Part shown: positions 58,544-64,000 of the stretch, one piece after another | Numbering within the stretch: the first letter of the stretch is position 1 | How the letters are laid out: each line of letters begins with the position of its first letter | Assembly (NCBI GenBank): GCA_963704885.1 | Contig: CAVPIB010000001.1 | Coordinates: 640,001-704,000, forward strand | DNA length: 64,000 bases | Source of the DNA: an uncultured Actinomycetes bacterium | GTDB lineage: Bacteria > Actinomycetota > UBA4738 > HRBIN12 | Direction of reading: 5' to 3' | Position numbers and translations under genes: made by a program | The notes under the pieces: generated by a model | What the model was told of the DNA's origin: nothing | What the model saw: only the letters and a program-made list of their open reading frames with translations | The model's database searches: none

Positions 58544-58795
58544 GTGCGCGTCACCCTCTATTCGCGGCCCGGTTGTCATCTGTGCGACGCTGCACGTGCC
58601 GTGCTCGAGGCCGAGCGTGAGGCGACGCCGTTCGAGCTCCGAGAGGTCGACATCCAGGACGACGATGCCCTTGAACATGCTTACGGCGTCCGGATCCCAG
58701 TGGTCGAGATCGACGGCGAGGAGCGGTTCGAGTACGAGGTGGATCCGCGCGAGCTCTCTCGCGTGCTCCACGATGCGGCAAGTTCTGCCGACTGA
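58544..58795 (+). CDS. Glutaredoxin-like protein (DUF836)
   Basis: LYSRPGCHLCD, IPVVEIDG. Confidence 0.88.
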   Translation: MRVTLYSRPGCHLCDAARAVLEAEREATPFELREVDIQDDDALEHAYGVRIPVVEIDGEERFEYEVDPRELSRVLHDAASSAD

Positions 58796-58864
58796 GCTTG
58801 TGCACTTGAGAACGCTAACGACGGTCCGTTACCCTTGCCCGGTGGACCCGAGGAGCGGTTTCCG

Positions 58865-59548
58865 ATGGTGAAGGGTCGACCCATCCCAGAGGCCACCGTC
58901 GGACGCCTCCCCGTCTACCTCCGCGCCCTGGTCGACCTCGCTGAGTCGGGGGCGGGTACGGTTTCGTCCGAGTCGCTCGCCGAGGCTGCTGGCGTTAACT
59001 CCGCGAAGGTCCGGAAGGACCTATCGCACCTGGGCTCCTACGGCACGCGGGGAGTGGGTTACGACGTCGCCTACCTGATCCACCAGATACGTCGGGAGCT
59101 CGGGCTCACGAAGGACTGGCCCATCGTTATCGCCGGCATCGGCAACCTGGGTCACGCGCTGGCGAACTACCGTGGGTTCCCCGAACGAGGCTTCAGTGTC
59201 GCCGCCCTGGTGGACGTGGATCCGGCCAAGGTCGGTCAGCGGATCGGCAGCCTCGCCGTTCAACACGTCGAGGAGCTGTCAGCCCTGGTGCGGGACCTCA
59301 AGATCGCGATCGGGGTCATCGCCACGCCTGCCGCTGCCGCCCAAGACATCGCCGATCGGATGGTTCACGCCGGGATCCGCTCCATCCTCAACTTCGCTCC
59401 GGCGGTGATCACGGTGCCCGACCGCGTGTCCGTCCGCAAGGTGGATCTGGCCATCGAACTCCAGATCCTGGCGTTCTACGAACAGCGCAAGGCGACCCTC
59501 GCGGAGGTTCGTCGTCGCGGACGGGCGGTCGCCGATGTTCCCCGCTAG
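58865..59548 (+). CDS. rex: Redox-sensing transcriptional repressor Rex
   Basis: IPEATVGRLPVY, VRKDLS.LGSYGTRGVGY, GIGNLG, ILNFAP. Confidence 0.95.
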   Translation: MVKGRPIPEATVGRLPVYLRALVDLAESGAGTVSSESLAEAAGVNSAKVRKDLSHLGSYGTRGVGYDVAYLIHQIRRELGLTKDWPIVIAGIGNLGHALANYRGFPERGFSVAALVDVDPAKVGQRIGSLAVQHVEELSALVRDLKIAIGVIATPAAAAQDIADRMVHAGIRSILNFAPAVITVPDRVSVRKVDLAIELQILAFYEQRKATLAEVRRRGRAVADVPR

Positions 59549-59662
59549 CTACTTGGCGATCGTGATCCAAAGCAGGAACACCACGGCCAGAACCATGACG
59601 CCGAACAGGATGAACTGGATGCTCCCCTGATCCAGGAGGGGAATGGTCTCAGCACCGATCAT
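59549..59662 (-). CDS. Small single-TM protein (37 aa) ending the cytochrome bc operon, not in ORF track
   Basis: MIGAETIPLLDQGSIQFILFGVMVLAVVFLLWITIAK preceded by AAGGAGGGAG. Confidence 0.65.
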   Translation of the reverse strand: MIGAETIPLLDQGSIQFILFGVMVLAVVFLLWITIAK

Positions 59663-59692
59663 CGTCGTCTCCCTCCTTCCCGTGACGTTGGC

Positions 59693-60439
59693 CTAGGCCG
59701 GTCCGAACCACGCGGGCGCGCTGCCACCGAGGAGGAACTCCTTGCGCTTCTTCTCCGCGCGGTCGAGGAGCGGCAGATGCAACAGGAACAGTAGCGTCGA
59801 CCCGATCATGAACATGATCGAGTACCGGGGCACGCTCCCCGAGTCGTGGTAGAGCGAGAGCGTCGTGAGCGGTCCGCCACCTGAATAATGTGCCTGCACG
59901 ACGGCGAGCGGCGTCTTGTCGTCTTCAGCCGTGGCGAATCGCACGCTATCCACAGAGAACTGAGTGGCCAGGACGGCGTCGCTTGCGAATTCCTCGCGGT
60001 CCAGCTCCTCGTTCGCCTGCTCCGCCAGGAACGAGGTCGCTGCGCTGGTCGCCGTCTCGACGGATCCCTCCTGGCTCTTGGTCGGCGTCTGCCACGGGCT
60101 CGACGGATAGTCGTCGAACGTCGTGTAAAGCTCGTTGGACGCCGACAGACCTGCCTCCACCACCACCCACGCTGGCTCGGCTCCACGTGGTCCCTGGTTG
60201 GTGGGAGTACCCGGGCCTTGTGCCCAGAACCCGAAGTACCACAACGAGGAGTGGATCATCAGCCAACCCGCGAAGCACACGGCCAGGATGAGGTAACCCA
60301 TCCATTTGCCGAACACGAACGACAGCATCAGATACACGCTGCCCACGAACAGGATCAACGCCACGACGGTGACCCCGGCGCCCTTGAAAAGGGTGCCGCA
60401 CTCGATGTGCAACCCTAAGCACGTGGAGGAGTCGATCAT
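59693..60439 (-). CDS. Membrane protein of the cytochrome bc operon
   Basis: Two N-terminal TM helices, a soluble loop and a C-terminal TM; overlaps the cytochrome c stop. Confidence 0.7.
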   Translation of the reverse strand: MIDSSTCLGLHIECGTLFKGAGVTVVALILFVGSVYLMLSFVFGKWMGYLILAVCFAGWLMIHSSLWYFGFWAQGPGTPTNQGPRGAEPAWVVVEAGLSASNELYTTFDDYPSSPWQTPTKSQEGSVETATSAATSFLAEQANEELDREEFASDAVLATQFSVDSVRFATAEDDKTPLAVVQAHYSGGGPLTTLSLYHDSGSVPRYSIMFMIGSTLLFLLHLPLLDRAEKKRKEFLLGGSAPAWFGPA

Positions 60440-61179
60440 CAGGCGCTCGCCTGCGGTGAGGCCGACTCCGACGCCGGACTCGTCGGGCTAGCGGACGGAG
60501 AAGCGGCCGCCTTGGCGGCGTCGGCATTGACGCACACGTTCTCCTCGAACGGCACGTTCTCCTCGTTCACGAAGACCAGGTAGTTCACGATGTCGTTGAT
60601 CTGCTGGTCGTCGAGCGCCCCCTCATACCGGATGCTCCACGACGGCATGCCGGCTGCGGCCCGCCCCCGCTCGATCACGGTGTAGATGTCATCGAGCGAC
60701 AGGATCTGGGTGTGTCCCGTCGACGGACCGCCGCAGATCGTGGACAGGTCGGGTGGATATGCGTAGCCGCCCTGGAACGCGATCACGCCTCCTCTTAGCT
60801 CCGGTCCGTGGCAGCGGACGCAGCCGACCCCCAGCTGGTTCTCCTCGCTGAAGAGCTCCACGGCGCGGCGGCCGCGGTCGATCGCCTGCGTCTTCAGTTC
60901 CTCCTCCTGTTTCAGGTTGGCGGAAGGCTCGATCAACCAGGTGTACGGGAGCCAGATAACGAAGAACGTGACCAGTACCACGCCCCAGCCCTGAAGCTTC
61001 TGTAGCAGCGGCGTCTCGAGCGCCGGATCTGACGGGCCGGGCTCCATGGCCGGGGGGATGTCTGGCGCCTGCTCGCGCGTCACACGTCCGCGCAGGACGA
61101 ATGCGCCGGCGGCGAGGACCACGAAGACCCCGCCCAGGACGAGCAGGATCACCCCCGCCGTGTCGCTCAACGCCAACAT
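60439..61179 (-). CDS. Membrane-anchored monoheme cytochrome c
   Basis: Two TM helices, CVRCH, axial Met in AGMPSW. Confidence 0.88.
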   Translation of the reverse strand: MLALSDTAGVILLVLGGVFVVLAAGAFVLRGRVTREQAPDIPPAMEPGPSDPALETPLLQKLQGWGVVLVTFFVIWLPYTWLIEPSANLKQEEELKTQAIDRGRRAVELFSEENQLGVGCVRCHGPELRGGVIAFQGGYAYPPDLSTICGGPSTGHTQILSLDDIYTVIERGRAAAGMPSWSIRYEGALDDQQINDIVNYLVFVNEENVPFEENVCVNADAAKAAASPSASPTSPASESASPQASA

Positions 61180-61195
61180 CGTCGCTCGACCCTCC

Positions 61196-61900
61196 CTATC
61201 CCGGGGCCACGCAGAAGGGTCCCTGGGGTGGTTCGCTGATCGTGTCCGCGCCGCGGGGCGGCCCCAGTATCACCTGGGATGTGTCCACCAAGACGTTGCC
61301 GCTCTCGAGCGTGATCTTGAACCTGTCCATGCCGCGGGGCGCCGGCCCCAGCTCATACTCCCCAGCGAAGTTGTACTTCGAGCCGTGACACGGACACTCG
61401 AACCACTTCGACGAGCCGCAGAACGGCACCCGGCAGCCCAGGTGCACGCACCGCTGGTAGAGAGGCATGATCCCGTCCGTCGTCACGCCTTCCGCCGGGT
61501 AGTCGGCATCCGGGGTGACCTTGCCCTCCCAGGACACCACGTAGAAGCGGCCGGCGCCGTTGTACACGGGCCCGTCGGCCAGCTCTGCCTTTATGTCGAC
61601 CAGCGTTCCGGCGTTGATCACCGACCCGAAGCCACCCTTGAGGCTTGGCCACATGAACGCGATGGAGGCTCCCCCGAACTGCGCGCCGAACACGAGCAGC
61701 GAAGTCAGGAGTGACTTGCGGAAGAAGTCGCGCCGAGACATCGGGGGCAGGGACCTCTTCGGCACCGCATCGCCTTCGGCTGCTGCCTTCTGCGCCTTGG
61801 CGGCCCGTAGGAACGAGAGCCCGAACACCACCGCGAAGATGTCGAGCGCGATGAAGACCACTATCGCGGCCGTGACCCCTGTGGAGAGCGCGATCGTCAT
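61196..61900 (-). CDS. Rieske iron-sulfur subunit of the cytochrome bc complex
   Basis: Tat motif SRRDFF; CVHLGC and CPCHGS; GPAPR. Confidence 0.92.
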   Translation of the reverse strand: MTIALSTGVTAAIVVFIALDIFAVVFGLSFLRAAKAQKAAAEGDAVPKRSLPPMSRRDFFRKSLLTSLLVFGAQFGGASIAFMWPSLKGGFGSVINAGTLVDIKAELADGPVYNGAGRFYVVSWEGKVTPDADYPAEGVTTDGIMPLYQRCVHLGCRVPFCGSSKWFECPCHGSKYNFAGEYELGPAPRGMDRFKITLESGNVLVDTSQVILGPPRGADTISEPPQGPFCVAPG

Positions 61901-62739
61901 AGGTCGAAGAACACCCCCTGCGCCCACGGCCAGACCCAGTTGTACCCGGGGCCGCGGAGGAAGCTCCCGATGATCGTGAGCGTGGCCCCGAAGCAGAAAA
62001 GGAGGGTGAACATGGTGATCGCGATCTTGCGATCACCCGGTTTCACGCTTGGGTTGCGGTCGACGAAGGGCACCGCCGCAAGTCCGACCAGGATGAAAGT
62101 GGGGATCGTGATCCCAGCGATCATGGGGTGGAAGTAACGCAGCAGCTCCTGCAGACCCAGGAAGTACCAGGGGGCCTTCGATGGGTTCGGCGTCAGGTTG
62201 GGGTTCGCAAGCTCACGCAGCGGCGCGTTCAGGAACGTGGAGAAGACGAGCACGCCGGCCGAGAGGATGAGCATGGCCACGAACTCCTCGATGAGCAGGT
62301 GCGGCATGACGTTCACTCGGTCACCCTGCTCGCGCTCAACCCGCTGGATGCCCTCGGGGGGCACCAGCGCCAAGAGACGGTGCTTGTCGTCCGCACCCTT
62401 CTTGGGCGTGGGGATGTTGCCTGTTGGAAGAGGCGCGGCGCGCACCGGCGAGGTGGTGGAAGCTGCCACCGCCATGACCGCTCCGACGCCCACCGGTACG
62501 GGCGCGGCTGCAGGCACTCCCGCGTCACCGTTGCCTGTCGGAGCGGCTGCGGCCGGAGTCGCCGCCGCCGCGGCGGCGGGGTGCTCGTGGACCTCGTCGG
62601 GATGTGCCTTGCGGTAGGCGGCTACGGCAGCCCGCCGAGCGCGGCCTTCGGCGATGCGCTTGTCCACTCCGGCCGTGGTCTGGGCGTCCAGCGTCTGCTG
62701 GTACACCTCCAGATCCTTCGGCAGCTCCTCCCAGTTCAC
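61897..62739 (-). CDS. Cytochrome b C-terminal subunit (subunit IV-like) with N-terminal extension
   Basis: PHLL, ANPNLTPNPSKAPWYFLGLQELL, VPFVDRNP; AGGAG RBS before GTG 62739. Confidence 0.85.
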   Translation of the reverse strand: MNWEELPKDLEVYQQTLDAQTTAGVDKRIAEGRARRAAVAAYRKAHPDEVHEHPAAAAAATPAAAAPTGNGDAGVPAAAPVPVGVGAVMAVAASTTSPVRAAPLPTGNIPTPKKGADDKHRLLALVPPEGIQRVEREQGDRVNVMPHLLIEEFVAMLILSAGVLVFSTFLNAPLRELANPNLTPNPSKAPWYFLGLQELLRYFHPMIAGITIPTFILVGLAAVPFVDRNPSVKPGDRKIAITMFTLLFCFGATLTIIGSFLRGPGYNWVWPWAQGVFFDL

Positions 62740-62749
62740 GATGTCGCTC

Positions 62750-63520
62750 CTAGAGTGGTCCGGAGATCCCGCCGTCCTTGCGGATCCGCCAGAAGTGGAC
62801 CGCAAGGAAGATCACCAACACGAACGGCAGCGCCAACACGTGGAGCACGTACCACCGGAGCAGCGTATTCGGCCCGACGACCACGCCGCCCAGGAGCAGG
62901 AAGTTGGCCTGCTTCGCGATGAACGGCGAATAGCCCGCGAGAGACGTGCCCACCGTGACCGCCCAGATCGCCAGCTGGTCCCAAGGCAGCAGGTAGCCGG
63001 TGAACGAAAGACCGAGCGTTAGGAACAGCAGGATCACGCCCACGACCCAGTTGAACTCGCGCGGTGGCTTGTAGGCACCCGTGTAGAAGACGCGTGCCAT
63101 GTGCAGCGTCACCGACAGAACCATCAGGTGCGCGCCCCATCGGTGCAGGTTGCGGACCAGGTCGCCGAAGAAGACCGATGTCCTGATGGACTGCATGTCG
63201 GCGTAGGCGACCGCACCACCCAGGTCGGCCATCGGCCGGTAGAAGAACATCAGGAAGATGCCCGTGACGGTCAGCAGGATGAACAGGAAGAACGAGAGTC
63301 CGCCCAGGCAGAACGTGTAGGTCAGCTTCAGCCCGTGGCGCTTCACCTTCACCGGGTGCAGGTGGTAGAGCACGTTGTTCATGGTTGCTAGCGCGCGGTC
63401 GCGTGAGGTGTCCTTGTAGCCCTTGCGGAAGAGCGACCCCGGCCGGAAGATCGACTTCCAGACCTCGGTTTCTCGGATGCGGTCGCCCACCTCGCTCGGT
63501 GACGGCGGCTTCAGCTTCAC
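62750..63520 (-). CDS. Cytochrome b6-like N-terminal subunit
   Basis: [46 protein letters not shown]. Confidence 0.92.
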   Translation of the reverse strand: MKLKPPSPSEVGDRIRETEVWKSIFRPGSLFRKGYKDTSRDRALATMNNVLYHLHPVKVKRHGLKLTYTFCLGGLSFFLFILLTVTGIFLMFFYRPMADLGGAVAYADMQSIRTSVFFGDLVRNLHRWGAHLMVLSVTLHMARVFYTGAYKPPREFNWVVGVILLFLTLGLSFTGYLLPWDQLAIWAVTVGTSLAGYSPFIAKQANFLLLGGVVVGPNTLLRWYVLHVLALPFVLVIFLAVHFWRIRKDGGISGPL

Positions 63521-63565
63521 CCGGCTTCCCTTCTCCCGTTCATGCCCACCGGTCCGATGGAGACC

Positions 63566-63964
63566 TCACTCAGCCTCCGCCTGCGCCATAGGGACCTGAG
63601 CCATGGCGCGTGCGCCGCCGGCTCCGCCTTCCGGCAGTCGCGCATAGTACAGCGTGTCGGTGGGACAACGATCCACGCAGACCGAGCAACGGGTGCATGC
63701 GTTGTCGTCAACCACGAAGACCGCCGTCGAACTGTTGACCTCGGCGCCCACCGAGTCCTCTTCGGCCCCTTCTACGATCTCCGGAGACATCATGAAGATG
63801 CAGTTCCATGGACACACGTCCTCGCATGCCCGGCACAAGATGCAGTTGTCCGGGTCGAGCATGAGGTGCTTGGGCGACTTGACCCCTATCGCCAGCCACG
63901 CGGGGTCGACGGCCTCCACCACGTAGTCGTCGTGGATGTCGACCTCGGTCTTGGTGAAAGGCAT
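63566..63964 (-). CDS. 2x[4Fe-4S] ferredoxin
   Basis: CILCRACEDVCP and CTRCSVCVDRCP. Confidence 0.9.
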   Translation of the reverse strand: MPFTKTEVDIHDDYVVEAVDPAWLAIGVKSPKHLMLDPDNCILCRACEDVCPWNCIFMMSPEIVEGAEEDSVGAEVNSSTAVFVVDDNACTRCSVCVDRCPTDTLYYARLPEGGAGGARAMAQVPMAQAEAE

Positions 63965-64000
63965 GACAGTCCCTACCGGTATCCGCCCGTTGGGCGGACG

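Noticed and set aside
58798-58815. Rex operator upstream of rex
   Set aside because: Only the TTGTGCAC half matches; the second half does not resemble TTCACAA.
63973-64000. 3' end of an upstream minus-strand gene
   Set aside because: Only about nine codons are visible; cannot be identified.

Overview
High-GC window typical of an Actinomycetota chromosome (mshA, GlnR, RsiG/AmfC, bS22, ClpS-DUF2017, Rex), probably from a deep-branching lineage given its split, b6f/Bacillus-like cytochrome bc operon. The left third is accessory: amidase, a decayed hicAB module, an ECF sigma regulon, secreted hydrolases, nucleotide-cyclase signalling, a lower-GC SRA + GmrSD defence islet, dinB and vapBC. The rest is mostly housekeeping: glnA/glnR, sulfate activation, mycothiol, proC, an amine catabolism cluster, pyk, sigK/rskA-like genes, rex and the respiratory operon. 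The most striking unexplained element is an intergenic, apparently stand-alone ~370-nt structured RNA at 37805-38173. It has its own sigma-A-type promoter, a 13-bp closing stem, a central bubble, six repeated GCAA-tetraloop arms and a UUCG-capped terminal hairpin. Other notable observations: a stand-alone SRA/YDG reader coupled to GmrSD, a twice-repeated ECF promoter motif with a degenerate-Rieske anti-sigma candidate, a REC-cyclase with guanylate-cyclase-like residues, several unannotated small proteins, and three frameshifts that may be assembly errors. All calls come from reading the sequence by eye; no searches or folding programs were run.
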